Below are positions 37,430 through 50,390 of a stretch of DNA of 64,000 bases, piece by piece. A model generated the notes under the pieces. The model was not told the DNA's origin and searched no databases. It saw only the letters and a program-made list of their open reading frames with translations. The DNA comes from an uncultured delta proteobacterium. Its GTDB lineage: Bacteria; Myxococcota_A; Polyangia; Fen-1088. The first letter of the stretch is position 1; each line of letters begins with the position of its first letter. Made by a program: the position numbers and the translations under genes. The stretch is taken from the NCBI GenBank assembly GCA_963737265.1, contig CAVTRY010000011.1, forward strand, positions 672,001 through 736,000, in the 5' to 3' direction.

Positions 37430-38425
37430 ATGAAGTTGAACACGATTGACTCATCCCGAACATTGCCGCGGTTTTCCCGCCTCGCCATCCTGGTGGTTGG
37501 GTTGGTTGCCTGTGCCACGCCGTCGCGAAACGCCGAAAGCCGGCCCTTGCGCGCCAGTGAAGCCGGTTATCAAGTCCAGGTCCTGGTCGATGGCGCGCCG
37601 GCCCCGACCTTCTGGCACGACGGTGAAACCTACGTGATGGGTCACACGGGCGAACGCTATGTGATTCGCGTGCTCAACCACACCGGCCGTCGCGTCGAGG
37701 CCGTGGCCACGGTCGACGGGCGCGACGCGGTCGACGGCAAAGCGGGCGACTTCAGGCACAAGCGCGGTTACCTGGTTCCCGCCTGGGGACAGGTCGACAT
37801 CGACGGCTGGCGGTTGTCCGAATCACAGGCGGCCACGTTTCGATTCTCGTCGGTGGCGGATTCCTACGCCGCGCGCATGGGCAACGCCCGCGAAGTGGGC
37901 GTCATCGGCGTCGCCGTGTTCCCCGAACGCGTCTATCGCCCGCGACCTCTGCCGGTGACCCCGCCGTGCTGCTTCGATGGCTACAGCGACGTTGAACGAA
38001 ACTACCGCGACACGCCCGCTGGAAGCTCGCGCAGCGCCCAGGCTCCGGCTAGCGCACCCACGGCACGTGGCGATGCCCTCGCCGAGAGCGATCTCGGAAT
38101 CGGCGGCGCCGATGCGGCCAAGGGCAAGGCCGCCCCGTCCGAATATGCTCCCAACCGCCGCCAGCGTCCGGGACTCGGCACCGAGTTTGGCGAAGCCGTT
38201 TCCTCTCAAATTCAGGAGGTCGAATTCGTCCGCGCCAACTCCTCGACACCCACGGTGATCCTGGACATGCGCTACAACGATCACGATGGCCTGCTCGCCA
38301 TGGGCGTGAATGTGGACGGCGTCTACCCTTGGCCAGGCGACACCGAACTGCGCCGCACCGCCGACCCATTCCCGGTGTCACCGCGCCGCTACGCTGCACC
38401 GCCGGCTGGCTGGCAACGCAACTGA
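37430..38425 (+). CDS. Conserved hypothetical lipoprotein upstream of the ECF sigma
   Basis: GGAGG RBS, LVAC lipobox, [30 protein letters not shown]. Confidence 0.75.
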   Translation: MKLNTIDSSRTLPRFSRLAILVVGLVACATPSRNAESRPLRASEAGYQVQVLVDGAPAPTFWHDGETYVMGHTGERYVIRVLNHTGRRVEAVATVDGRDAVDGKAGDFRHKRGYLVPAWGQVDIDGWRLSESQAATFRFSSVADSYAARMGNAREVGVIGVAVFPERVYRPRPLPVTPPCCFDGYSDVERNYRDTPAGSSRSAQAPASAPTARGDALAESDLGIGGADAAKGKAAPSEYAPNRRQRPGLGTEFGEAVSSQIQEVEFVRANSSTPTVILDMRYNDHDGLLAMGVNVDGVYPWPGDTELRRTADPFPVSPRRYAAPPAGWQRN

Positions 38426-38467
38426 CTGTCCACGGTCGACAGGCGACTGTAAACTGTCAGCTTCCTG

Positions 38468-39079
38468 ATGACAGACGAGGCTCTCATGGCGGCGTATCAG
38501 AAAGGCGACGTAGCAGCCTTCGCCGAGCTGGTCGCTCGCCATGAGAAACGCTTGTGGAACTTCGTGCGGCGCTTCGTGGCGGATTCGGCGACCGCGGAAG
38601 ACCTGTTGCAAGAGGTCTTCTTGCGTGTGGTGAGGAGCGCGGCCGAATGGCAACCCTCGGCCAAATTTTCCACCTGGCTCTACACCGTCGCCCGCAACCT
38701 GTGCACCGACAACGCCCGCCGCGGTGCCTTTCGCAAGTCGGATTCGCTCGACCAAACGCCCGGCGCCAGCCGGGACGAATCCGGCTCTCACCGCATCGAC
38801 AACGTCGTCTCGCCCGGCGGCAACGCGGAAAAGGCAGCTATGAATCGCGAAATCGCAAACAGGGTCGACCAGGCAGTTGCGGCCCTGCCGTTAGAGCAGC
38901 GCGAGGTTTTCCTCATGCGCGAGGTGATGGACATGTCGTTCGCGGAAATCGCGACCGCGACCAAGACCAGCGAGCCAACCGTGAAGAGCCGCATGCGCTA
39001 CGCTTTGGAACGCTTGCGCGGCGCCTTGGAAGAGCTCCGCGATGACAACGGCAGCGCCGCCGTGGGAAGCACGCCATGA
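38468..39079 (+). CDS. ECF RNA polymerase sigma factor
   Basis: AEDLLQEVFL, FSTWLYTVARN, LP..QREVF, TVKSRMRYA. Confidence 0.93.
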   Translation: MTDEALMAAYQKGDVAAFAELVARHEKRLWNFVRRFVADSATAEDLLQEVFLRVVRSAAEWQPSAKFSTWLYTVARNLCTDNARRGAFRKSDSLDQTPGASRDESGSHRIDNVVSPGGNAEKAAMNREIANRVDQAVAALPLEQREVFLMREVMDMSFAEIATATKTSEPTVKSRMRYALERLRGALEELRDDNGSAAVGSTP

Positions 39080-40485
39080 ATTGCGCTCAGGTCAAAAAAC
39101 GGCTGGTCGACTACCTCTACGACGAGATGACAGCCGAGGCGCGTGACGAGTTTGCGAACCACTTGAACGCCTGTGCCGATTGCAAGGCGACCATTGCCGA
39201 CTACGAGCGGACACTTGGCAGCGCGCGAGCCGCCCTTGGCGGGTCGCTAGCGCAAGAGCCGCCAGCCCGCGTCCACCTCGCCATCATGGCAGCCGCCCAT
39301 GCCGCGGCGAAAACCTCGCCCGCCCACGCGAAAGGACGCCCCGCCGCCGACGAACCTGGTTTTCTGGCGCGACTCTGGCGCACGCCTTGGTTGTTGCCAG
39401 CCTTCGGAGCAGCCTCGGTGGCGACTGCTGTCTTCTTGGTTCGAGTGCTCGAGAACCCCGAGGTTCTGCCTGGCCAACGCCCGCATTCCATCGAGGAGCG
39501 TTCGCTGGCCACGCCTGAGGCGCTGCCGCCTCCCGAGCCCACCCGAGCACATCAGCCGGCCGCGGCTGCCGAGGCCGCGGCGCAGGTGAAGCCCGAGGGG
39601 AACGTCGAAAAAACGAAGGGGTCTGATTCGGCCAAGAGTGCTCGCAAGCACGCTTACAAGGAGGACCAACCGCGAGCCGAATCGCCCTCGCCTGTCCTCA
39701 TCAGGATGAAGAAAAAAGTCGCTGACGATCCCCTGAACGGTGTACGTCTCGACGAGGGCCGCGCGAGCGGGGCCGCCCCAAGTCGCTTCGCCGAGCCGCC
39801 ACCTCCTTTCGACCAGGCTGCACGCGCGAAAGACCGCGATGACCTTCTGAGCTCGGTCAAAGAAGAAAGGAAGGCCCGACAGCCGGAGGCGCAAGCCGCC
39901 GAGAAGCCAGCCGCCAATAGTGCGCCCGCTCTCTCCGTCGACCTCGCGTCCCACAGCGGTCAGGGAAAGGTCAATCACTTACAGCAGATTTCCGGTAGAA
40001 GCAGTTTCGTCGCACCGCCTTCGCCAAATCCCTCGCCAGCAGCAGCGGCTGCGCCAGCGTCGAAGGGGCAAGGAATGGGGCTAGTCGGCGCGGCCTCGTC
40101 CGCGCGGGCGACAGGCTCTCCGCCCTCGTCGCCGCCAGTCGCTCTTCCCAAGATGAAGCGGGTTGAGCTGGTGTCGGACGACAACGGCAAGGACTCGGAA
40201 AACGAGGGCGCAGTCGCCAGGCGCGAGACTGACAAGCATTCCAGCCATCCCGCTCCGACCCTGGAAGAAAGCGTAAGGAAGGCCGATCACTTGTTCGCCA
40301 GCGAAGACTGGAACGCCGCCGCCCAAGCCTACCGCGATCTTCTCCGCCGATTCCCCGGCCACAAAGACGCACCCAAGTGGCGCGACCGATTGAGCGAATC
40401 GCTGGTCGCCGAACAGCAACAGCAAGCGAGGATCAAGAAGGCGTCCAAGACCTCGCCGGACGCCTTGGAGGGGCTCAAGCCGTAG
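39076..40485 (+). CDS. zf-HC2 anti-sigma factor with TM segment and C-terminal TPR-like helices
   Basis: C...HLNACADC motif; ATGA coupling with the sigma gene. Confidence 0.85.
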   Translation: MNCAQVKKRLVDYLYDEMTAEARDEFANHLNACADCKATIADYERTLGSARAALGGSLAQEPPARVHLAIMAAAHAAAKTSPAHAKGRPAADEPGFLARLWRTPWLLPAFGAASVATAVFLVRVLENPEVLPGQRPHSIEERSLATPEALPPPEPTRAHQPAAAAEAAAQVKPEGNVEKTKGSDSAKSARKHAYKEDQPRAESPSPVLIRMKKKVADDPLNGVRLDEGRASGAAPSRFAEPPPPFDQAARAKDRDDLLSSVKEERKARQPEAQAAEKPAANSAPALSVDLASHSGQGKVNHLQQISGRSSFVAPPSPNPSPAAAAAPASKGQGMGLVGAASSARATGSPPSSPPVALPKMKRVELVSDDNGKDSENEGAVARRETDKHSSHPAPTLEESVRKADHLFASEDWNAAAQAYRDLLRRFPGHKDAPKWRDRLSESLVAEQQQQARIKKASKTSPDALEGLKP

Positions 40486-40538
40486 CTTCCAGCCACAAAG
40501 AATCAAGCGGACTGGAGGTGCGTAACAAAACAAAGAAA

Positions 40539-40562
40539 GGTTTCGGACCAAAATCCGAAACC
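40539..40562. terminator. Hairpin between convergent genes
   Basis: GGTTTCGGA-CCAAAA-TCCGAAACC. Confidence 0.6.
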
Positions 40563-40621
40563 CTTCCCTTCCGGCCTCTGCGATCTTCGTGCCTCTGTGG
40601 TGAAAAGATCCGTCTGCGCCG

Positions 40622-42742
<2,121 letters not shown>

Positions 42743-42932
42743 GATGGGACTCCTCTCTTCTTCGTCGTGGCCCCCGTGGCTTCGTCCCTTGTCTCGCGGG
42801 TCCGACGGGAAGGCGCCGGCAAAGCGGGCACGCCCAGATCAGCGGGAAAAAGGATGAACGCAGGCACCGGGGCCTTCGCCTGTGAACAAGCGGGTGACAC
42901 GGTTTGCGCCACCCGCTGATGGTGAAACGTCT

Positions 42933-43202
42933 CTACTTGCGGATGCCAAGCGTGTGGATCAGATCCCGGTAACGCTTGACGTCTTTCTTTTTCAGGTAGT
43001 CCAGGAGGCGGCGCCTCTGACCGACCAGCATCAACAAACCACGGCGTGAGTGGTGGTCCTTGGCGTGAGCCCTGAAGTGCTCCGTGAGGTAAGAAATACG
43101 TTCCGACAAGAGGGCGATCTGAACTTCCGGAGAGCCAGTATCGGCTTCGCCCCGGGCAAACTTCTTGACGACTTCTGCTTTCTTGACTGCGGCTAGACCC
43201 AT
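42933..43202 (-). CDS. rpsO: 30S ribosomal protein S15
   Basis: [31 protein letters not shown]. Confidence 0.98.
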   Translation of the reverse strand: MGLAAVKKAEVVKKFARGEADTGSPEVQIALLSERISYLTEHFRAHAKDHHSRRGLLMLVGQRRRLLDYLKKKDVKRYRDLIHTLGIRK

Positions 43203-43247
43203 TCGGTCACACTCTTTTCCATCGATATCTTCATTTTTTGAGCCCCC

Positions 43248-43276
43248 AATGTCCTACATCACGCGCCCATAGTCAA
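43248..43276 (-). promoter_or_regulatory. Candidate rpsO promoter
   Basis: TTGACT-17 nt-GACATT. Confidence 0.35.
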
Positions 43277-43311
43277 CCGATGGGTTGCTGACCCTGCGTT
43301 TCATGCGTGGT

Positions 43312-45483
43312 TTAGGTATGGGACACGACCAGCAGCGTCTCGCTCCGGCGCAGAATGCATTCGAGAACAAGGTCCAACGTCTCGGGATCCAACGCCGCGA
43401 AACTCTCATCGAGCACGCGCAAGTCCGCTTGCTGCACCAACGCTCGCGCGACGCACACACGCGCCCGCTCGCCGTGCGAGAGCTGCCATCCGCTGTCGCC
43501 GACCATCTGCTGAATTCCCGCCGGCATGCGCGCCAGCAAGCCGGCAAGTCCTAGCTCGCCGCAGATTTCTTCAATCTCCGCGACGTCGGATTCGCTCGGC
43601 GGCCAAGCGCGCGCCATCGCGATGTTGAAGAGCAGCGGCGCGGAGAGAATATGGTTTTCATGACTTTGCGGCACGCTCGCGGCGCGTTGCCGCCAACGTT
43701 CGGGCCGCAGGCTGTGGTGGTCGAATCCTCCCAATAAAAGAAGCCCACCCGAAGGCTGGCGCAAGCCGCACACCAGCGCGCCGAGAGTGGACTTGCCCGA
43801 TCCGGAACGCCCCTCGATGAGCACGCGATCTCCGCGTCGAACCTCGAAGTCGGAGCCGCGCAGCACCGGATCAAGGCGACCTGGATAGCAATAGCTGACG
43901 TCGCGTCCGACCAGAAGTGCCCGCCGTCCCTCGCTGGCATCGTCAATCTCGTTGGGTAACACCGCGACCTGCTCCGCCGGCTCGCCAGCGACATCGGCCG
44001 CCGCGGCGATGGGCCTCGTGCTTCGCCACGCCACGAAGGCCGCCACCAGGCCCGGTCCGGTTTCCAGCGCGACACGCCGAAACGCCAGGTAGAGCAGCAA
44101 CACGCCTCCCAGGCTGACCGCCACCTGCCCGGCGCCTGCGCGCGTGGCCGCGAAGCTGGGCACCAGCGCCGCAGTGGCCAGCACCAGCCAACCGCGCGGG
44201 ATCAGCACTGCCAGTCGGGCCATCTCGCGGTCCATGGCCGCTTCCTTGCGCGCGTACGCAGTGAGCGTCTGTTCCTCGCCAAGGTGCCGATTCTCGGGTG
44301 GCACCTGCGCCATCATGGTTCGGTACCCCACCATGGTCTCTACCAGGTCGTCGGTCAGAGACAGGCGTGCATCGGCCCAATCGAGCAAGCGTCGGTGCAG
44401 GCGATAAATTAGAACCGCGGCAAACAGGAGCCAAAGAAGCAGAAGAATCGCATGCAGTAACGGGGCCGCCCCGAGAAGCAGGATAAGCGCGCCGCAAATA
44501 GACTGGGCCACATCGGCGAGCACGGTGGGACCGCCTGTGCGCGCGAGGGCGTCGAGAGCGTCGGCGTCGAGCACGATGCCGAGCAGGCTGCCAATGCCGC
44601 GCGCCCGAACGGCGTCCGAGGACAGGCGCAAGATCCCCGCCAGCAGGCGCTCCCTGGTCAGCCCTCCCACGTGGACCGCCAGTCGCCCAGCTCCCCAAAC
44701 GCCGGCGCCCCTGCACACGATGAAACTGAGCAGCATGATCGCCCACGCCAAGAGCCAGCCACGTGACAGATGGCCTTCCATGGCGGCGGAGCCGATGAGC
44801 CACCACGACACGATGTAAAGAGCGAACGCCAACAAATAGAACGCGACGGTACCGAAGAGCACCCGGCGGGCGCCGGCCTCCACGAAACGCGACCAGAAGC
44901 CGGCGTCCGCTGGCGCGAACGAGAATCCCGAACAGACCTCTCGCTTGTCGTCGGCGACGCGCAAGATGCGTTGGGCAACGCTGGCCTCGCGCGGGGAAAG
45001 GCCAGCCTGCTGGCAGAATTCTCTGAGGCCGCCGTGCTCTCGTGCGACACCTGCCAGTGCCGCATCGACCGTCGCTATCGGGATGCGCGCAACCTGTCGG
45101 CTGGGCATTAGCAAGTCGACCGTCCGACCCCGATTGCGAAGGCCCAGCAGCACGAGAAAGTGTCGCCCCCCCTGCCCCGGAACCGCCACGAGCACCGGGC
45201 CGCCCTCCGCCAGCAAGGCACCCGCGGTTATCGCCGTGCGCTCCTTGGGCTCGACGATAAGGCCGAGGTAGGCGCTGGCGTCGTCGAGCCAACGCGAAAG
45301 ATCGAGCGCGGAAGCCTGGCCAATCCCTCGCGGCGGCTCGGTGATGCGACGATGTCGCCGCGCAGGCACCACGCGCTCCGCGACGGCCTCCATGACCTGG
45401 CCGAGCAGATCGCCGTGCCAGGTGCAGTCATGCACGGTGAAGTCCCGCGAGCGCGCCGTCCTTACGGGTCGCCGATCGTTCAC
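43312..45483 (-). CDS. ABC exporter (TMD+NBD) with degenerate N-terminal domain
   Basis: GRSGSGKST, LSHGE, VLDES, VSH; GTGA overlap with the upstream gene. Confidence 0.88.
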   Translation of the reverse strand: MNDRRPVRTARSRDFTVHDCTWHGDLLGQVMEAVAERVVPARRHRRITEPPRGIGQASALDLSRWLDDASAYLGLIVEPKERTAITAGALLAEGGPVLVAVPGQGGRHFLVLLGLRNRGRTVDLLMPSRQVARIPIATVDAALAGVAREHGGLREFCQQAGLSPREASVAQRILRVADDKREVCSGFSFAPADAGFWSRFVEAGARRVLFGTVAFYLLAFALYIVSWWLIGSAAMEGHLSRGWLLAWAIMLLSFIVCRGAGVWGAGRLAVHVGGLTRERLLAGILRLSSDAVRARGIGSLLGIVLDADALDALARTGGPTVLADVAQSICGALILLLGAAPLLHAILLLLWLLFAAVLIYRLHRRLLDWADARLSLTDDLVETMVGYRTMMAQVPPENRHLGEEQTLTAYARKEAAMDREMARLAVLIPRGWLVLATAALVPSFAATRAGAGQVAVSLGGVLLLYLAFRRVALETGPGLVAAFVAWRSTRPIAAAADVAGEPAEQVAVLPNEIDDASEGRRALLVGRDVSYCYPGRLDPVLRGSDFEVRRGDRVLIEGRSGSGKSTLGALVCGLRQPSGGLLLLGGFDHHSLRPERWRQRAASVPQSHENHILSAPLLFNIAMARAWPPSESDVAEIEEICGELGLAGLLARMPAGIQQMVGDSGWQLSHGERARVCVARALVQQADLRVLDESFAALDPETLDLVLECILRRSETLLVVSHT

Positions 45484-48170
45484 TGCCGACCCTCGCGCAG
45501 GCGTGGGGATTCGTCGGTGACACAGCCATTCTCGACCCGCAGCCGCCGCCATTCCGGACCGGCCATGCGCGCCAGCGCTCGCTGTTCGGAAGCGAGCAGT
45601 CGGGCGTAGCGCGAATCCGGCCTGCTTGCGAGCAATGCCGGATCGCCGTCTTCGATGATTCGTCCGCCGTCGATCACCAGCACGCGCGAGAACGCGCGGG
45701 TCTGGCCGATATCGTGGGTTATGCAAATCAGCGTGGCCTCGCTCCAGCGTTTGCGGGCAGCCGCGAGCAGGTCGCTTCGCCGCTGCCTTTCCAAACCGCA
45801 GAAAGCCTCGTCCAGGATCACCATGCGAGGGTTGCCTCGGCAGATGCCGCGACCGAGGCGAACGCGCTGCCCTTCCCCGCCCGAGAGCAAGGCGCCGCCA
45901 GCGCCGAGCGGTGTTTGCAGGCCCATGGGCAAACGCGCGAGCACCTCGTCCAATTCGGCGCCTTCGACGCCTTCACCGACCGGCCGGTGCTCCGCGTCCG
46001 CGCCGTAACGTAGGTTCTCGAGCATCGAGCGATTCCAGATCTGCACGGTCGGATCGACCCATGTCGTGCGGCGCCGCAGCCGCGACAGCACGCGCCCGGC
46101 CAGCAACTGACCGTCGACTAGAACCTCGCCGACATTGGGCCGATACCAGCCCAACAGCAGTCCAACGAGGCTTGATTTTCCGGCGCCGGAAGCGCCCACG
46201 ACGGCCACGTGCGACCCCGCGGGAATCGTGAGCGCATCGACCGCCAAGATCTCGTTGCCCGCCATTTGCACGCGCACATCGACCAGCGCGATGGTGGGTG
46301 CGGGCGAAACATCGTGCCGACCGTCGCCGTACGGATCGATTTCCACGTCCGATACTTCATCCGAGGCGTCCTCTTCGGCGCCGAGGGGTTCGAGAAGGCG
46401 AAGGGTGACGTTGCGGTGCTGCGGGTACTGCTGGATGAGAAACGCCAGCTCCAGGCCAAGAGCCGGAATCATGAGAACCCAGTAGACGAGCAGGATGGCC
46501 CAGCCCGATCCCTGTGCCGTGGCGAGATAGTAGAACACGACCACCGCCGCCAGGCCGAAACCGACGACGCCCATCAGGGTCTCAATGAGAATCTGCGTGC
46601 GCGCCACGTCGCGGGCCGCGCGCGCCCATTCTCGCAATCTGGTCCCGTGTTCGGACAAGACCGCTCCCTCGGCGGTATGGGCCCGAATCGCAGATAGCCC
46701 CAGCAAGGCATCGAGATAAAACCGGGCCAGACCACCGTTGTGTCCGCGCATGCGCATGTCCTTCTCCAGCAGGAGAGGCTGGCAAAGCAGCGGCAACGCC
46801 ACCATCAGGACTGCCAGGGGAAGCACGAGCGGCGCTGAAGGCGGGTGCAACCACACCACGCCCGCCACCGTCGCGGTGAGCTCGCACAGGCAGCGCACGA
46901 CCTGCCCGCCCTGCCCGGGCAAGAGGCGAACCCAGTGCAGAAGATGTGAGCTCTCCGCCATGTTGGAGATGGGGCGGCTTTGGAAGTAGCGATCGCCGAG
47001 GCGTGGCAACTTGTGCAGAAAGGCCCGGCGCAAGCGAAGCTCAAGGTGTCGGCCGGCATTCCACAGACCACTCGCCACGGGCCACTCAATCAGCGAAAGC
47101 GCCATGAGCAAGACGAGCAAGGCCAAGGCCCCGAAGATCCGCTGCTCGAAAATCGACAGGCGCTGGCTGATGTCGAAGGCGCCGCGAAAAAGCAGGGTCT
47201 CGACCACCTCGGCGACGCCCGCCACCGCCAGGCCTACGCACAAGGGCACCCAGCGCCACAGGCCGTCTGCTCGCAACATTTGGATGAGCTGGCGCGCGGG
47301 ACCAGGTTCCGACCCGCGCACCACAGCGGCGAGCTCGGGTGGTAAGTCCGTCCGGGTTTCGCCCTTGCCCACGACTTTCAGCACCACGGCACCCCGAACC
47401 ACCAGCTGATCGTCCTCGGTCCCGGGTTTGGCCGTCCACATTTCTCGCGGAATCAGCGCGTAGGGGTCACTTCCCTTCGCGGACGCCAAGAGCAGATCGA
47501 ACACGCGCGGGGTCTGCCGCCGCGTCGCCGCTCCTTCATCCAACATGCGAACGGTCGCTCGCCATGCCGCGTCGAGCGCGGCCACGCCCTGCCACCCGCT
47601 CTGCTGAGCAGCCGAAACGAGATTCGCGGCAACCGTCGAACCGGCGACCCGTTCGAGACGCTGGCGCAGAACAGACCCGAATTCGGCCGACGTGAGCCAT
47701 TCCGAAACCTCGGCGGCTGGGGCGACGCTTTGATGGACGTAAAAGTTCTGCTCCAGATCGCTTCGTCGCATCCAGCGCCGGCCGCGCCCCGGATCCATGA
47801 CCTGTACGAACGGACCCACGCACCGCCAAACCACCACGAAATGGGTCAGCCCCGACGGCAGTCGGGTGACCACGAGGGCCGGAAGAGCATCGGCCCTGCC
47901 CGAGAGGACATGCTCAACCGGCATCATTTCTTGATCCGCTTCCAGACCGAGCGCGTTGGTCAGGTCTTCCAGGGTGTCGATGGATGTTCCGTCGACACTC
48001 GTGTGGCATGCCTCGCGCAAACGGCCGTAGCTCGCCTTGACGCCGAAGCCGGAGAGGATCGACTTGAGCGCCGCTGGCCCGCAGTCCATGCCCGAGGTCT
48101 GAATGATCTCGGGCACGAAGAATCGGCGCGAAACGCCTTTGCCAGTGGAAGATGCGTCGTCGCGGCTCAT
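45480..48170 (-). CDS. C39 peptidase-containing ABC transporter (PCAT)
   Basis: QTSGMDCGPAAL...HFVVV...MDPGRG; GASGAGKSS, LSGGE, ILDE. Confidence 0.9.
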   Translation of the reverse strand: MSRDDASSTGKGVSRRFFVPEIIQTSGMDCGPAALKSILSGFGVKASYGRLREACHTSVDGTSIDTLEDLTNALGLEADQEMMPVEHVLSGRADALPALVVTRLPSGLTHFVVVWRCVGPFVQVMDPGRGRRWMRRSDLEQNFYVHQSVAPAAEVSEWLTSAEFGSVLRQRLERVAGSTVAANLVSAAQQSGWQGVAALDAAWRATVRMLDEGAATRRQTPRVFDLLLASAKGSDPYALIPREMWTAKPGTEDDQLVVRGAVVLKVVGKGETRTDLPPELAAVVRGSEPGPARQLIQMLRADGLWRWVPLCVGLAVAGVAEVVETLLFRGAFDISQRLSIFEQRIFGALALLVLLMALSLIEWPVASGLWNAGRHLELRLRRAFLHKLPRLGDRYFQSRPISNMAESSHLLHWVRLLPGQGGQVVRCLCELTATVAGVVWLHPPSAPLVLPLAVLMVALPLLCQPLLLEKDMRMRGHNGGLARFYLDALLGLSAIRAHTAEGAVLSEHGTRLREWARAARDVARTQILIETLMGVVGFGLAAVVVFYYLATAQGSGWAILLVYWVLMIPALGLELAFLIQQYPQHRNVTLRLLEPLGAEEDASDEVSDVEIDPYGDGRHDVSPAPTIALVDVRVQMAGNEILAVDALTIPAGSHVAVVGASGAGKSSLVGLLLGWYRPNVGEVLVDGQLLAGRVLSRLRRRTTWVDPTVQIWNRSMLENLRYGADAEHRPVGEGVEGAELDEVLARLPMGLQTPLGAGGALLSGGEGQRVRLGRGICRGNPRMVILDEAFCGLERQRRSDLLAAARKRWSEATLICITHDIGQTRAFSRVLVIDGGRIIEDGDPALLASRPDSRYARLLASEQRALARMAGPEWRRLRVENGCVTDESPRLREGRQ

Positions 48171-49375
48171 CGTCCTTCAGTCGAGCTTTGCGCGGTTGGC
48201 GGAGTCTGCGTGGGCGCCGCATTGGCTGGGGCGGTGCCCGAGTTCATGAGATAGCGCCCGGCTGCATCCAGCACCAAGGCGACCGGCGCCACCCTTTCCA
48301 CCTCCACCTCGACGCTCCCCTGCAGCCCGTGCTCGATGGGAATGTGCGTATTTCGCTGCGCTTCCAGCTCAAGCTCGACACGGATCAAGCCATCCTTGGG
48401 TTCGCTACCGACGCGCTCCACGTGGGCCAAGAGCATGCCGAACTTGGTCCACGGGAAACCGAACAGCCGAAGCCTCGCCGGTTGGTCGGGTTTCACTCGG
48501 CCGGCGGCAGTGGCCACGTCGAAAAACGCGACGGCACGCAGACCACCTGGCGGCACGACGGTACAAAGGCGCGTGCCTGCCGCGACGACCGCGCCCGGCT
48601 GCAGGTTGACGGTATTGCCGATGCGTCCTGAAATCGGCGCGCGAACTGTGAAAAGCTCAATGCGCTGGTCGAGAATTCGGATGCGCGACTCGGCCTCGGC
48701 GCGCACGCTCTGCAGACGCGCGATCTCGGATTCCAACCGCGCGATCTTGGCGCGCCGATCGCTTCGTCTGACCACACCTTCGGTGCCCAACCGTCCCACC
48801 TGCGCACGTGCGGCATCGGATTCCGCGGCCTGTTTCTCGAAGTCGGCCTGCGTGCGCTGCTGCTCCACATCCGCAACCACATGCTGCTTGTGCAGGGTTT
48901 CGATCTGCGCACGCTCGGATGCTTTCAGCTGCGCCACGGCGTCGGAGGCACGCTGGCGTGCGCGCGCCTCGCTCACCTCCGCCAGCAGCGCGCGATCCTC
49001 ACCGCGCAACGCCTCTCCGTCGGAAATCATTTCGCGTTCGAGCGCCGCGATCTGCGGACCCACGGCCAGCACCTTGCTTTCCTCGGCCTGCCTTTCCAGT
49101 TGCCACGCCTCGCTGTCCATTTCGATGAGGACGTCGCCAGCGCTAACCAAGCGACCGAGAACCAGGTTGGTTTGCAGCAGACGGCCCGCCACTGGGGTGT
49201 CCACGTCATGGGGGGCAGCCTCAACTTCCAGTCGAGCCTGACGGCTGGTTTCGTACAAGGACACGCGCGCGAAGAAAAACCACAGCGCCCAAACCAGCAG
49301 CAACACGCCGCCCACCACGGCGGCCAGTGCCGTTCGTGACGAAGCGTCTTGCGCGCGTGCGAATCGGGAGAACAT
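48167..49375 (-). CDS. HlyD-family membrane fusion protein
   Basis: N-terminal TM, lipoyl-like GDVL, coiled coil, VRAPISG, GFPW.KFG; start uncertain. Confidence 0.85.
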   Translation of the reverse strand: MFSRFARAQDASSRTALAAVVGGVLLLVWALWFFFARVSLYETSRQARLEVEAAPHDVDTPVAGRLLQTNLVLGRLVSAGDVLIEMDSEAWQLERQAEESKVLAVGPQIAALEREMISDGEALRGEDRALLAEVSEARARQRASDAVAQLKASERAQIETLHKQHVVADVEQQRTQADFEKQAAESDAARAQVGRLGTEGVVRRSDRRAKIARLESEIARLQSVRAEAESRIRILDQRIELFTVRAPISGRIGNTVNLQPGAVVAAGTRLCTVVPPGGLRAVAFFDVATAAGRVKPDQPARLRLFGFPWTKFGMLLAHVERVGSEPKDGLIRVELELEAQRNTHIPIEHGLQGSVEVEVERVAPVALVLDAAGRYLMNSGTAPANAAPTQTPPTAQSSTEGR

Positions 49376-49528
49376 GGGTTTGCCCGTCGAGGTTCCATCA
49401 TAGTCGAGATGCGAGGAGATAGCGCGGGCTTCGCCCGCAACTCTTCGGCGTGCATCATACCCAAACGATTCGCCAGGCCGATCAGCCTGCACTATGGCCC
49501 GAAGTCTGAAGCCTGAAGCCGCTGGATA

Positions 49529-49551
49529 AATCGTCGCGCCACGCGACGATT
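49529..49551. other. Perfect 10-bp hairpin (terminator or operator)
   Basis: AATCGTCGCG-CCA-CGCGACGATT. Confidence 0.5.
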
Positions 49552-49610
49552 CTCGGTGGTAGTGGACCAGAGTGGCTGGTGGTGTGTTTATCGGGGAAGG
49601 GGCGGAACCA

Positions 49611-50387
49611 TCAGGGGGCCTGGCACACAAGGAAATCGACGACCCATTCGCTCGGACCGAAAGGGAAAGGTAGAGCCAGCGCCGCGGGAGCCGGGTTGGG
49701 CTTGCCACAGGTTTGTGTACCCGGACAGTCGGATGACTGATGACAGATGACTCGCGACGGCGGCAGGCATTCGCTGGCAGCCACGCAGGATGCGCCGGAA
49801 AACCCAGCAGAAGCCGATTCGACGGAGCAGCAGATGCGGCCGCCTGCACAGTCCTCGGAACCATCGCACACAATAACGGCCGTGACACAGTCGCCGCAGA
49901 GGCCCGTTCGAGACATGTTCTTCGTGGCCGGACAACACGGTCCGGTGGAGCTGGTGCAGGTTGCGGCGCCGCCGCAGCGAACCTCGCCTTGCCCGGCGAT
50001 CAAAGCGCGATCTGCCGCCGAGCCACTGTCTTGGATAGCCAGGTCCGCCGGCAAGTCTAGCGATAGGTCCGCCAAGACAACGGCATCCGCGATGTCCGAC
50101 ATTCGAGGCTCGTTCCCAGACGTTCGATCGGCTCTTGGCATATCCTGCGGGGCCTCGACCCCACCGGACAAATCCGCCACCGCGAGTGGCAGGTCTTGCG
50201 CGAGCTCCTGGGCACTATCTTTGGCTTCTGGCTGGCTCACGTCGAAGGGCAGAACGACTTCTGATGAGGGACTGCCGTCTGACGGCGAGGGCGGATTCGA
50301 CGCCCCATCCGTCGGTGGCGCCTTCAGCGCCCGACTTGCGCAGGCCAACGGCACAAGGACACACATCCACAACAGGTACCTCTGCAT
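49611..50387 (-). CDS. Lipoprotein with low-complexity linker and Cys-rich C-terminus
   Basis: PLAC lipobox; CDGSEDC....CC; GGAG RBS. Confidence 0.65.
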   Translation of the reverse strand: MQRYLLWMCVLVPLACASRALKAPPTDGASNPPSPSDGSPSSEVVLPFDVSQPEAKDSAQELAQDLPLAVADLSGGVEAPQDMPRADRTSGNEPRMSDIADAVVLADLSLDLPADLAIQDSGSAADRALIAGQGEVRCGGAATCTSSTGPCCPATKNMSRTGLCGDCVTAVIVCDGSEDCAGGRICCSVESASAGFSGASCVAASECLPPSRVICHQSSDCPGTQTCGKPNPAPAALALPFPFGPSEWVVDFLVCQAP

Positions 50388-50390
50388 CTC

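Noticed and set aside
34835-37518. Long N-terminal extensions of der and era (also hrpB, miaA, hlyD, second ABC) in the ORF track
   Set aside because: They overlap neighbouring genes; coupled downstream starts fit better.
43254-43304. 16-codon ORF MKRRVSNPSVDYGRVM as precursor for the PCAT
   Set aside because: No RBS or double-glycine leader; overlaps the probable rpsO promoter.
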